NCBI GenBank assembly: GCA_963806225.1
Contig: CAWDXG010000003.1
Span: 256,001-320,000, forward strand
DNA length: 64,000 nt
Source: an uncultured delta proteobacterium
GTDB taxonomy: Bacteria > Myxococcota_A > Polyangia > Polyangiales > Polyangiaceae
Direction of reading: 5' to 3'
Shown here: positions 1 through 9,855 of the stretch, in pieces
How positions within the stretch are numbered: the stretch's first letter is position 1
Layout: each line of letters starts with the position of its first letter
The notes under the pieces: generated by a model
Told to the model about the DNA's origin: nothing
Database searches by the model: none
Seen by the model: the letters and a program-made list of their open reading frames with translations, nothing else
Made by a program: the position numbers and the translations under genes

Positions 1-2049
1 CTCGGCGCCGGCGGTTGCCTGGCGCGCGGTCAGGGCACGCTCCACCGCCAGACGGACAGCGACGGCGGGCCGTCCATCAACTTCGACGCGGGCACCGCCA
101 GCGACGCAGCCGACGAGCTGCCGCCGACCGATCCCCACGCGGTGCTCGGCGTGGATCCGCCGCACGGCCCGTTCAACGGCGGGCAGCTGGCGCTGGTGCG
201 CGGCAACGGATTCACCAGCGCGGCGCGCGTATGGTTCGGGCAAACGGAGGTGCCGAAGTCGGACGTGGTGCCGATCGATCCGGGGCGCATCCAGGTCGTG
301 GTGCCGCCGGGCCAGGCCGGCCCCGTCGACGTGAGCGTGCAGAACGGCAGCGACGCATCGACGCGCGGCACGCTCACCGGCGGCTACACCTACGATGCGT
401 TCTACGCCGATCCCGCCAGCGGTCCGACCTCGGGCGGCACCCTCGTCACGCTGCACGGCAGCGGAACGCAGTGGGGCGCGGGCACCGACGTGCGCATCGA
501 TCTGAAGCCCTGCCAGAACATCAGCGTGCAGAGCCCGACGGAGCTCAGCTGTGCCACGCCGCCCGGCACGCCCGGCGCCAAGACGGTCCGCGTCACCACG
601 TCCGACGGCACCAGCACCGACGTGCTCGACGGCTTCACCTACGGCAACAGCGACAACGGCTTCAAGGGCGGGCTCAGCGGCGCGCCGCTCCAGCAATCGC
701 TGAAGGTGCTGGTGCTCGACAACTACAGCGGCGACGCCATCCCCGGCGCAACCGTGATCGCGGGCGACGATCTGTCGACCGCGCTTGTCCACCAGACGGA
801 CGGCGCCGGCGTCACCCAGTTCCAGGCCCCGAATCTCGGCCCCAAGCGCTCGGTGACGGTCGCGATGAAATGCTTCCAGCCTCAGACCTTCGTCGACGTG
901 CCGGTCGACACGGTCACGGTCTACCTCGATCCGGTGCTCTCCCCCGCGTGCGCCAGCCAGGGCGATCCGCCGCCGGTGGGCGGCACGCCGGGCTACGCGG
1001 CGGGCATCAGCGGACAGCTGGTGTGGACGGGCGGGCAGGAGTTCCAGCGGGCCGGCTGGACCAACGTGCCCAAACCCAAATCGGCCGACGAGAAGCTCGT
1101 CGCCTACGTCCTGCCGCTGCGCGGCGATCCGACCCAGCCCTTCCAGCTCCCCTCCTCGAGCCAGGCCGTGACGCCGGCCGCATCCGGCGACGTGGGCTAC
1201 GCCTACTCGCTGTCGACCACTCCCGGCAACCAGAGCCTGTACGCCGTTGCCGGCATCGAGAACGACAAGCTGAGCCCGCCCCAGTTCTTCGCGTACGCCA
1301 TGGGGCTGGCGAAGGGCATCAGCGCGAAGCCCGGCGTCACCACCGCCGACGTGTACATCCCGATCGACGCGCCGCTGGATCACGCGATCCAGATCGCGGT
1401 CAAGCCGCCGCAAGCGACGCCGCGCGGGCCCGATCGGGTGCGCGCCGAGGTCGCGTTGCGCGTCGGGGAGCTCGGCTACGCGCTACTGCCGTCCGGGCAG
1501 GCCACGGGGCTCCTGCCGCTGTCGTCTCCGTTCGATCTGGTCGGCGTGCCGCCGCTCGTCGGCAGCCTCGCGGGCACCCAGTACGTGACCACGGCCAGCG
1601 CCGTCACGGGCGCCACCGCCACCACACCGCTGTCGATCGTGGGGCTGACCGTATCCACCACCACCAACCAGACCGTCACGCTCGACGGCTTCGTCGAGGT
1701 CCCGAAGCTGACCCAGCCCGCCACGAACGGCGGCTGGAACGCGCAGGATCTCGCCGTGGACTGGCTGCCCGGCGGCGCCAGCGTGGATCTCACGCTGTAC
1801 GACATCGAGAGCGGCGGCGGGCTCGTCGCCTGGACGGTCGTAGCGCCGGCCGGCGAAAAGAGCGTGCGGCTGCCGGATCTGGCGTCGCTCTCGAGCGACC
1901 TCGGTTTCGGCGTGATCCCGGGCTCGGTCAGCATCACGGTCTCGGCCGCACACATCAAGGGCTTCGACTACGGCTCGCTCACGTACCACCAGCTCGGCAA
2001 GCACGGCTGGGACGCCTACGCGCGCGACGTGTTCAACGCTCATTTCTAG
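1..2049 (+). CDS. IPT/TIG-domain lipoprotein (5' end outside window)
   Basis: Frame is open from base 1 (LGAGGC lipobox-like). Two IPT/TIG-like repeats (VDPPHGPFNGGQLALVRGNGF; DPASGPTSGGTLVTLHGSG...CATPPG). High GC3. Confidence 0.8.
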   Translation, partial: LGAGGCLARGQGTLHRQTDSDGGPSINFDAGTASDAADELPPTDPHAVLGVDPPHGPFNGGQLALVRGNGFTSAARVWFGQTEVPKSDVVPIDPGRIQVVVPPGQAGPVDVSVQNGSDASTRGTLTGGYTYDAFYADPASGPTSGGTLVTLHGSGTQWGAGTDVRIDLKPCQNISVQSPTELSCATPPGTPGAKTVRVTTSDGTSTDVLDGFTYGNSDNGFKGGLSGAPLQQSLKVLVLDNYSGDAIPGATVIAGDDLSTALVHQTDGAGVTQFQAPNLGPKRSVTVAMKCFQPQTFVDVPVDTVTVYLDPVLSPACASQGDPPPVGGTPGYAAGISGQLVWTGGQEFQRAGWTNVPKPKSADEKLVAYVLPLRGDPTQPFQLPSSSQAVTPAASGDVGYAYSLSTTPGNQSLYAVAGIENDKLSPPQFFAYAMGLAKGISAKPGVTTADVYIPIDAPLDHAIQIAVKPPQATPRGPDRVRAEVALRVGELGYALLPSGQATGLLPLSSPFDLVGVPPLVGSLAGTQYVTTASAVTGATATTPLSIVGLTVSTTTNQTVTLDGFVEVPKLTQPATNGGWNAQDLAVDWLPGGASVDLTLYDIESGGGLVAWTVVAPAGEKSVRLPDLASLSSDLGFGVIPGSVSITVSAAHIKGFDYGSLTYHQLGKHGWDAYARDVFNAHF

Positions 2050-2053
2050 CGTC

Positions 2054-4030
2054 ATGCCTCCTCGGCTCCGCTTCGGGATCGTGTTCGTGCTCGCTGTGGC
2101 GGGCTGCGGCTACGACAAGGCGGATCGCTGGGACATCCCGCAGGCTCTGGCAGCGCCGGCGTGCGAGCTCGACAGCGTGCGCTGCGGCGACGGCGGCGTG
2201 CAGCGCTGCGAGAACCACGGCAGCGGGCCCGGCTGGATCACGCTCGACGACTGCGGCGCGCGGGGCCAGGTGTGCGTGCCGGCGCTGCTCGAGTGCAGGG
2301 CGTGCCAGCCGAACACATCGAGCTGCGAGGGCCAGAAAGTCGTCCGCTGCGACAAGACCGGCAACAAGAAGACCATCGAGCAGACCTGCACCGGCGACGG
2401 CGTCGCCTGCCGCGAAGGCAGCTGCGTGGACCTGTGCGGCCAGGCGAAAGTGCAGCGCAGCAACGTCGGCTGCGAGTACTGGGCGGTGGATCTGGACAAC
2501 GCCGACATCAACGACTCGCTCAACGCCGCCGCGCAGCAGTTCGCCGTCGTCGTGTCCAACCCGCAGCCGGACGTATCCGCCCAGGTCGACATCGACCAGG
2601 ACGACACCGACCCGGGGCAGACCGGCGCGCCTTTCTCGGTCGCGAACACCACCATCCCGCCGCTCGGTCTGCGTGTCTTCAAGCTCGGGCCGCGCGAAGT
2701 CGACGGCTCGCCACCGGGCGAATACAACACCGGCACGAACACCGCGCTCACGCGCCACGCCTACCGCATCAGCTCGAACGTGCCGGTGGTCGCCTACCAG
2801 TTCAACCCGCTCGAGAACGTGAACGTGTTCTCGAACGATGCTTCGCTGCTCAAGCCGGTGGAGGCGCTCACGGACATCCCCGGCACGATGACCGACGCGT
2901 ATGTGGCGCTCGGTTGGCCGCAGACCATCGCCGCCACGCAGAACCCCGATACCAACTTCAACCCCTCCAACCCGATCAACCTGCGTGCCTTCCTCACCAT
3001 CGTGGGCACCCGCCCCGACACGCACGTGCGCGTCAGTCCCAGGACGACGATCGTCGGCGGCGGCCCCGTACCGGAAACGACCTCCGGCGGCCAGGTCGAG
3101 CTGACGCTGAACCCGTTCGACGTGCTGAACCTCGAGACCGGCGACTTCAACGCCGATTTCACCGGCTCGCTGGTGCAGGCGGACGAACCGGTCGTCGTCT
3201 TCTCGGGCAGCGAGGCGAGCGACGCGCCGTTCTTCAGCAAGCTGGCGTTCCGCCAGTGCTGCGCCGATCACCTCGAGGAGCAGCTCGACCCGGTGCGCAC
3301 GTCGGGGCGGAAGTTCGTGGCGTCGCTGTCGTCCAACCGCACCGAGGCCGTCGCGCAGGCCGGCGCCACTCTCGGCATCGTCGCGCAGCCCGAGTACTTC
3401 CGCATCATCGCCACCACGGACGCCGGCGCCACGGTGAAAACGACGCTCAGCGGCACTCTGTCGAGCATCCAGCTGCCGAAGAAGGGCAGCTTCGCCGACA
3501 TCACGACCGCCCGCAATTTCATGTTCGACAGCGACCAGCCGGTGATGCTCGGCGACGTGACGCCGAGCCAGGACGCGGCCGGCGTGCCGCGCGGCCTGCC
3601 CGGCGGCGACCCGAGCTTTCTCGTCGTGCCACCGATCGAGCAGTTCCGCCGGAACTACGTGTTCCTGACGCCCGACAAGTACAGCTTCGACTTCATCCGC
3701 ATCATCGCGCCACCCGACACGAGCGTGGTGCTCGACGGGCAGCAGCTCGCGGACGTGCCCGGCTGCAGCAGCGCACCCGCCGACGGCCTCGACGAAAAGA
3801 CCCGCGGCAACGCCACCCCGCCCTTCACCGTGTACACCTGCCAGCTCAGCTTCCCGGTGGTCGACCCCGCGAAGCAGTACCCGGACAACCTCGCCCCCGG
3901 CAAACAGAACGACGGCGTCCACCGCATCGACGCCAACCGCAAAGTCGGCGTCCTCGTCGACGGCTTCGACAGCTACGTCAGCTACGCCTACGCGGCAGGA
4001 ACGGAATTGACGGAAATCGTGCCTCGCTAG
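2054..4030 (+). CDS. Lipoprotein with IgGFc-binding-protein N-terminal-like domain
   Basis: AVAGC lipobox, Cys-rich N-terminus, SNVGCEYWAVDLDN, YQFNPL...SNDASLL, CADHLEEQ, GDPSF..VPPIEQF, SYAYAAG motifs. Confidence 0.8.
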   Translation: MPPRLRFGIVFVLAVAGCGYDKADRWDIPQALAAPACELDSVRCGDGGVQRCENHGSGPGWITLDDCGARGQVCVPALLECRACQPNTSSCEGQKVVRCDKTGNKKTIEQTCTGDGVACREGSCVDLCGQAKVQRSNVGCEYWAVDLDNADINDSLNAAAQQFAVVVSNPQPDVSAQVDIDQDDTDPGQTGAPFSVANTTIPPLGLRVFKLGPREVDGSPPGEYNTGTNTALTRHAYRISSNVPVVAYQFNPLENVNVFSNDASLLKPVEALTDIPGTMTDAYVALGWPQTIAATQNPDTNFNPSNPINLRAFLTIVGTRPDTHVRVSPRTTIVGGGPVPETTSGGQVELTLNPFDVLNLETGDFNADFTGSLVQADEPVVVFSGSEASDAPFFSKLAFRQCCADHLEEQLDPVRTSGRKFVASLSSNRTEAVAQAGATLGIVAQPEYFRIIATTDAGATVKTTLSGTLSSIQLPKKGSFADITTARNFMFDSDQPVMLGDVTPSQDAAGVPRGLPGGDPSFLVVPPIEQFRRNYVFLTPDKYSFDFIRIIAPPDTSVVLDGQQLADVPGCSSAPADGLDEKTRGNATPPFTVYTCQLSFPVVDPAKQYPDNLAPGKQNDGVHRIDANRKVGVLVDGFDSYVSYAYAAGTELTEIVPR

Positions 4031-4109
4031 CCCGGCGCGACGCTGTCCGGCATGGTGCGGGGGTCACCAGGAAGGCGGGAAGACGGGAAGGTCTTCGGGT
4101 GTCGAGGAA

Positions 4110-4797
4110 CGGCGCGACGTGCAGGGACGGCGCGACGTGCAGGGCGGCGCGACGTGCAGGGCGGCGCGACGTGCAGGGCGGCGCGACGTGCAGGGCGGCG
4201 CGACGTGCAGGGCGGCGCGACGTGCAGGGCGGCGCGACGTGCAGGGCGGCGCGACGTGCAGGGCGGCGCGACGTGCAGGGCGGCGCGACGTGCAGGGCGG
4301 CGCGACGTGCAGGGCGGCGCGACGTGCAGGGCGGCGCGACGTGCAGGGCGGCGCGACGTGCAGGGACGGCGCGACGTGCAGGGACGGCGCGACGTGCAGG
4401 GCGGCGCGACGTGCAGGGCGGCGCGACGTGCAGGGCGGCGCGACGTGCAGGGCGGCGCGACGTGCAGGGACGGCGCGACGTGCAGGGCGGCGCGACGTGC
4501 AGGGCGGCGCGACGTGCAGGGCGGCGCGACGTGCAGGGCGGCGCGACGTGCAGGGACGGCGCGACGTGCAGGGACGGCGCGACGTGCAGGGACGGCGCGA
4601 CGTGCAGGGACGGCGCGACGTGCAGGGCGGCGCGACGTGCAGGGCGGCGCGACGTGCAGGGCGGCGCGACGTGCAGGGCGGCGCGACGTGCAGGGCGGCG
4701 CGACGTGCAGGGCGGCGCGACGTGCAGGGACGGCGCGACGTGCAGGGACGGCGCGACGTGCAGGGACGGCGCGACGTGCAGGGCGGCGCGACGTGCA
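4110..4797. repeat. Tandem repeat of 17/18-bp unit GGCGCGACGTGCAGGG(A)C, about 40 copies
   Basis: Directly visible. Two variants differ by one A. Confidence 0.97.
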
Positions 4798-5107
4798 TTT
4801 CGGTGCTCTCGGGCGCCCCGGTGCGTCGAAATGCGCGTGTGGCGTGCATTTCGGTGCTCTCGGGCGTCCCGGAGCGTCGAAATGCGCGTGTGGCGTGCAT
4901 TTCGGTGCTCTCGGGCGTCCCGGAGCGTCGAAATGCGCGTGTGGCGTGCATTTCGGTGCTCTCGGGCGTCCCGGAGCGTCGAAATGCGCGTGTGGCGTGC
5001 ATTTCAGTGCTCTCGGGTGTCCCGGAGCGTCGAAATGCGCGTGTGGCGTGCATTTCGGTGCTCTCGGGCATCCCGGAGCGTCGAAATGCGCGTGCGCCAC
5101 GCATTTC
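4792..5107 (+). repeat. 51-bp palindromic repeat array, subtype C (CGTGCATTT...AAATGCGCG), about 6 copies
   Basis: Unit gcatttcggtgctctcgggcgtcccggagcgtcgaaatgcgcgtgtggcgt. Confidence 0.95.
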
Positions 5108-5129
5108 ACCGCCCTTGCTTCTCTCTCAT

Positions 5130-5229
5130 GGGTTGCCCCCGCGCCCCACGGCACTCCACGGCGCGGCGCGCTTCCGCGCGCCGCGGGCCCGCCAAGCGCG
5201 GCCGCTCCGCGCCCGCGCGGGGGCCCCAC
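5130..5229 (+). other. Dispersed ~100-bp hairpin element, copy 1
   Basis: GGGTTGCCCC...GGGCCCGCC-AAG-inner stem-GGGGGCCC-CAC, followed by three ~25-bp cacgtcactgcgcgc repeats. Confidence 0.8.
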
Positions 5230-5328
5230 GCCATTTCACGTCACTGCGCGCCCCGCGTCACTCCACGTCACTGCGCGCCCCGCGCGATTTCACGTCACTG
5301 CGCGCTTCCGCGCGCACAGCGCGCCCGC

Positions 5329-5850
5329 CCGCACCAAGACGTCACCTCTCTGGATGAGCCGCACCCTTCGCCCCACCCCTCGACCCCAAAAAAGAAAACC
5401 GTCCCCCGATCCGTGAAACGCGCCTTCCCGCCTTCCCGCCTTCCTGTTCACTCGTAGAAGGTGCAGAGCGCCGTCACTTCGCCCGCGTGAAGAGCGGCCA
5501 TTTCTCGAGCAACGGCACGGTCGACGGCTTCGACAGCTACGTCAGCTACGCGTACGCGGCAGGGACGAAGCTGACCGAGATTGTGCCGCGCTGTCCGGCG
5601 TGGTGCGGGGGTCAACGGGAAGACGGGAAGACGGGAAGGTTATCTGGGTCGAGCGCTGGCCGCACCAAGACGTCACGTCTCTGGATGAGCCGCACCCTTC
5701 GCCCCACCCCTCGACCCCAAAAAAGAAAACCGTCCCCCGATCCGTGAAACGCGCCTTCCCGCCTTCCCGCCTTCCTGTTCACTCGTAGAAGGTGCAGAGC
5801 GCCGTCACTTCGCCCGCGTGAAGAGCGGCCACTTGTCCAGAAGGGGCACG
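5329..5850. repeat. Direct duplication including 3' ends of both flanking genes
   Basis: 5329-5520 is nearly identical to 5660-5850. 5520-5653 is a diverged copy of 3956-4106. Confidence 0.9.
5612..5781. mobile_element. Short MITE/REPIN-like element with GGGAAG(A/G)C inverted termini
   Basis: tcaacgggaagacgggaagacgggaagg ... ccttcccgccttcccgccttcctgttca. An interrupted second copy lies at ~4064-5450. Confidence 0.55.
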
Positions 5851-7659
5851 GCGGCGCCGGGGCCGCTTTCGCGCAGGGCGCGGACGCATTCCTTCACGGA
5901 GAGGCGGCGGGGGCCGAAGATGGTGGGGTCGGCGGCGTCGGCGTCCATCAGCGACGACGGGTGATCGACGCCATAGTCGTCGGGATGGCCGGGCATGTCG
6001 AGCAGGACGTGGCCGAGCTCGTGGGCGAGTGCATACGAGCGGGCGCCGGCCTGCACCGCGGCTCGATCGACGATCACGGTGTTCCGGATGCTGGCGTCCG
6101 GCGACGAGAGGAACGACTCGCCGATGCGCCCGGTGCGCGCGAAATTGGGAACGATGAACACGTCGATGGTCGTGGGGTCGCCGTCGTCGAAGGCCTTGAC
6201 CAGGGCGCGCTCCTCGACCGTGCCGGCAGCTGCGTCGAAATCGTCGAAGTGATCGAGGCCGTCGGTCAGGTTCACTTCGCCGAGGCAGACGCGCAGCGTC
6301 CGGTCGCTCGACAGCGCGCTGCCGGCGATGGGGGCGAGCGGGATCATCTTGCCGCGCCGCGTCCGGACCAGGACGTCCGCGGTCGGCAGCGCGCCGGGCG
6401 AGATGCGCGGATTCGGGCTGACGAGGGCCCGCAGGCCCGCGCGGCGCACGGACGCGGCCAGCGCATCCGCCACCTGGATCGGGGTTTGCCCGGCGTGCGT
6501 CTGCAGCTTGACGACGTGCTTTTCCGCGCGGAATGCGATCTGCCCGCCGCTCGCGGGCAGACCGAGATCGCAGCCTATGGCGAGCATGTGCGGTGGAGGC
6601 GGATCGACAACCTGCACGTCGAGCAGCTTCCCGTAGCCGAAGTGGATGCCGCACTGTCCCCACAGGCGGCTCGCGGTGCGCACTTCGTGGCGCGCGACGG
6701 CGATCGCGCCCTGTGTGCTGCCGCCGATGGGCGCGGAGCCGCCACGCATCAGCCGCACCACGCGCACCCGGAGGTGCGCGCGATAGCGACCGATGGGCCC
6801 GAGCGCGCTTTCGCGCGGTCCGCCGACGCGCAGCGATGCGAGCGTGCGGCCGCCCGCCGCCACATCGATGCGCCCGCCGACCTCGCCCAGGAGCGAGCGC
6901 GCGGCGGAGCCCGGATGGCTGCGGTCGACGCGGTCGCTCGTGACGCGGATGGGCGGCGTGCCGGCGCAGGCGAGCCCGGTCGCGGTGTGCAGCGGGCAGG
7001 TCGTCTTCGACAGCGCGACGTGGGACAGCTCGTCGAGCTTGCCGCCTTCCGGCAACGTGGAGCGAACGCTCACGCTCCGCGGCAGCGATCCGGGCGGTCC
7101 GATCGCGATCCAGCTCAGGGCATCCGCGTCGCGCGGAGCGCCGGGCGCGGCCAGCTCCGACGGTAGGACGCGGCTGAGCGAGGCGTGCGAACGGGCCAGA
7201 TCGATGCGCGCGCCGCTCGCGTCCACGGCGGCCAGCTCGAGCACACGGACGTGCACGGTGAGGTCGCTCAGCCGCACCTCGCCCGCGCCGCCCTCGACGC
7301 CCTGCAGCCCGAAGCGACGCACGCGGCGCGGCGACTGGAGCTTTCCGTGCAGCGGTCGTCCCCCGACGATGGCGCGCAGCGCGCTGCCCTCGACCGAAAG
7401 CAGCTTCTGTGGGTGGCCGAGATTCGATCCAGCGCACGTCGCTCGCGGCGGCGCCAGCGACGCGGGCTTGCGTGCCGTCGGCGACGCCGTTGTTGTCGTC
7501 GTCGTCCTGGTCGGCGAAGAGCGTGAGCGAGAGGCTCGGCGCGTCGACCTTCGGCGGCTGCGGGACGTTTCCGTGTGGTTCGGCGGCGGCAAGGGCCGTC
7601 ACCAGGCCGGCCGCGGCCAGCACGAACGACCCCGCCCGAAAGCGCGCTACTCGACCCAT
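5805..7659 (-). CDS. Secreted zinc metalloprotease (metzincin-like), apparent frameshift near 7423
   Basis: Signal peptide and DxDDDDNNG in one frame; ALAHELGHVLLDMPGH...SSLM in another. Removing one base joins them (WIDLGHPQK). Confidence 0.75.
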
Positions 7660-8858
7660 CCGAGCTGCACCCTGCGGAAGGTCGGCTCGGTCACCAGGGG
7701 CGCGGAGAGCCGCCCTGCCTGCGCCGCCGCGAGCAGCGCGGCCCAGCCCGCGGTAGGCAGCTGCCGGCTCGACAGCAGCGGCGCGAGGAGCGCGTCGGAG
7801 AGCGGAAGCTTGCCGGCGTCGTACAGCGCCGCTGCGGCCAGACCGCGCAGGGCTTCGCGGCGCGAGCTCTTCATGGTTTCGACGAGCATCTTCTCGAGAT
7901 CCGTCCGATGGTGATCCCGCGAAAGGTATAGCGCGGCTCGGATCGCTGTCGCGTCGCCGAGCGACGAGGACTTGACCATGTTCTCGAGCATCGGCCGGGC
8001 GCCCGGAACCCGCGCCGCGGCCAGGCGGAACAGGAACGTGGTGTCGCGATCCGCGCTCGGGCGGTCGCTGAGCCGGGCGACCAGCTCGACGGTGGGCCGG
8101 ATCGACGGCGCCGGCTCGCCGTCACCGCCGAGCGCCCAGGCGACCATGGTCCACGCCGCCCTCGCGCTGGTCGGCCCCTCGCGCGCGCGGTCGCGGGCTT
8201 CCTTGAGCGGCTTTGGATCGCCGGCGCGAGTGGCGATCTCGCCGAGCACGAGCCAGCGACCGAGATGGCGCTCGGCATCGCGCAGCACCGCGAGAGCGGG
8301 CGCGATCGCAACCGGCAGCGCCGGCCCCCACAAGAGCGGCACGAACAACTCGACGCACAGATCGATGCGATGGCTCTCCTTGATCTTCGGAGCCACCGAG
8401 GCGATGTGCTGCCCGTTCGACTCGCTGCGCGCGACCCGCGCCACCTCCGCCGCGAACGCCAGATGGGGATGGCGGCTGGCCGCGATACGCGCCAGCGGAT
8501 CGGTCAGGGACGAATCCGTGACCGAGCACGCGGCCGACAGCGTGGCCAACCCGCCGAACTCGTCGCTGCCGAGCGCACGCTTGATCTGCGCGACGGCACG
8601 CCGCTCACCCTGCTCGGCCAGAGCGCGCACCGCCGCGGCATACAGCGGCCGCTGGTAGGTGCCGCGCTTGACCAGCGTCTCGAGGGCCTTCTGCAGCGCG
8701 TCCCGCACGCGCGGCGAATGCGGCGCGAGCGCCCGGAGCGAACCGGCCAGTCGCGCTTCCTGCGTCGGCTTGCGGCGCAGCGCGGAAACAACGTCGGCCT
8801 CCAGCCGCGACACTACCGTGTCGCCGAGTACCTCCCCCTGAGCCGCCCTCTTCACCAT
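7647..8858 (-). CDS. Alpha-helical (HEAT/ARM-like) hypothetical protein
   Basis: Long Ala/Leu/Arg-rich ORF with host codon usage, overlapping the start of the next gene. Confidence 0.7.
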   Translation of the reverse strand: MVKRAAQGEVLGDTVVSRLEADVVSALRRKPTQEARLAGSLRALAPHSPRVRDALQKALETLVKRGTYQRPLYAAAVRALAEQGERRAVAQIKRALGSDEFGGLATLSAACSVTDSSLTDPLARIAASRHPHLAFAAEVARVARSESNGQHIASVAPKIKESHRIDLCVELFVPLLWGPALPVAIAPALAVLRDAERHLGRWLVLGEIATRAGDPKPLKEARDRAREGPTSARAAWTMVAWALGGDGEPAPSIRPTVELVARLSDRPSADRDTTFLFRLAAARVPGARPMLENMVKSSSLGDATAIRAALYLSRDHHRTDLEKMLVETMKSSRREALRGLAAAALYDAGKLPLSDALLAPLLSSRQLPTAGWAALLAAAQAGRLSAPLVTEPTFRRVQLGWVE

Positions 8859-9091
8859 CAGGCCAGTAAATGAAGATACCACTGATCGGGCGCCGCTTGA
8901 CCCTCGAAAACGCGGCCTCCGCCGCCGCACGCCGCCCCGGGGCCTTCTATCGGGCGAATCAGCGCGGGAGCTCTCCCGTCCAACCAGAAACGCAACTCAC
9001 GAAAACGTGCGCTCTGGCGGGATCCACGGCGGGGGAGCCGTTGTTGCCCAATCTCCACTCGTGCACTAGCCTCCCCCGACAGGAGAAACCG

Positions 9092-9520
9092 ATGCGGAAA
9101 GCTGTATCTGCCCTCGTTCTGTCCACCGTCCTCCCTGCGCTCGTTCTCGTCGCCTGCAAGAAGAACGACGAGCAGCAGCCGCCGCCGCAGCAGCCCTATG
9201 GCCAGCAGCCCTATGGCCAGCAGCCCTACGGCCAGCCCGCGCCCACCGGCTACGGCACCGCGCCCGCACCCACCGGCTACGGCACCGCGCCCGCACCCAC
9301 CGGCTACGGCACCGCGCCCGCCGCGACGGGGACGATGTCCCAGCCGAGCCCGATGGCCTTCCCCTGCCAGAGCGACGCGCAGTGCCTGACGCACCGCTGC
9401 AACACCCAGGTGGGCAAGTGCGCGTGGCCCTGCCAGTCGAACAACGATTGCCAGCCCGGCTTCCAGTGCGTGACACCGGCCTGCGTTCCCGCAGTGGGCG
9501 GGCAGCAACCCACTCAGTGA
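9092..9520 (+). CDS. Small lipoprotein with QQPYG/PAPTGYGT repeats and Cys-rich C-terminus
   Basis: AGGAG RBS, LVAC lipobox, 8-Cys C-terminal domain. Confidence 0.8.
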   Translation: MRKAVSALVLSTVLPALVLVACKKNDEQQPPPQQPYGQQPYGQQPYGQPAPTGYGTAPAPTGYGTAPAPTGYGTAPAATGTMSQPSPMAFPCQSDAQCLTHRCNTQVGKCAWPCQSNNDCQPGFQCVTPACVPAVGGQQPTQ

Positions 9521-9855
9521 CCGCGATCAGCGAAGCCGAGTACGAAGAGCGCGCCGCGCCCGAGCTCAGCACCCTGCTCGACGCCTTCGACGCGCTCGAC
9601 GACGACAGCGTCGAGGCCGAGCTCGAGAGCGACATCCTGACGCTCGAGTTTGCCGACGGCACCCGCTACGTGATCAACTCGCACCGCGCCGCCCGGCAGA
9701 TCTGGATGGCCGCCGAGCGCAACGCCTGGCACTTCGACTGGGTGCCCGCCGAAGAGCGCTGGATCGCGGCCAAGACCGGCGATGAGCTCTGGGCAACGCT
9801 CGAGCGCGTCATCTCGGGTAAGCTCGGACGCGACGTCGGGCTACGGCGCGCCTAG
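9517..9855 (+). CDS. cyaY: Iron donor protein CyaY (frataxin family)
   Basis: Acidic N-terminal helix, ILTLEFADGTRYVINSHRAARQIWMAA...HFDW. GTGA overlap with the upstream gene. Confidence 0.9.
   Translation: MTAISEAEYEERAAPELSTLLDAFDALDDDSVEAELESDILTLEFADGTRYVINSHRAARQIWMAAERNAWHFDWVPAEERWIAAKTGDELWATLERVISGKLGRDVGLRRA

Noticed and set aside
4027..5457. Long ORFs across repeat arrays (also 16.0-17.2, 20.1-22.4, 33.2-34.4, 36.7-38.4, 39.3-40.8 and 51.0-53.8 kb)
   Set aside because: They stay open only because of GC-rich, stop-free repeat units, appear in several frames at once, and have no domain motifs.
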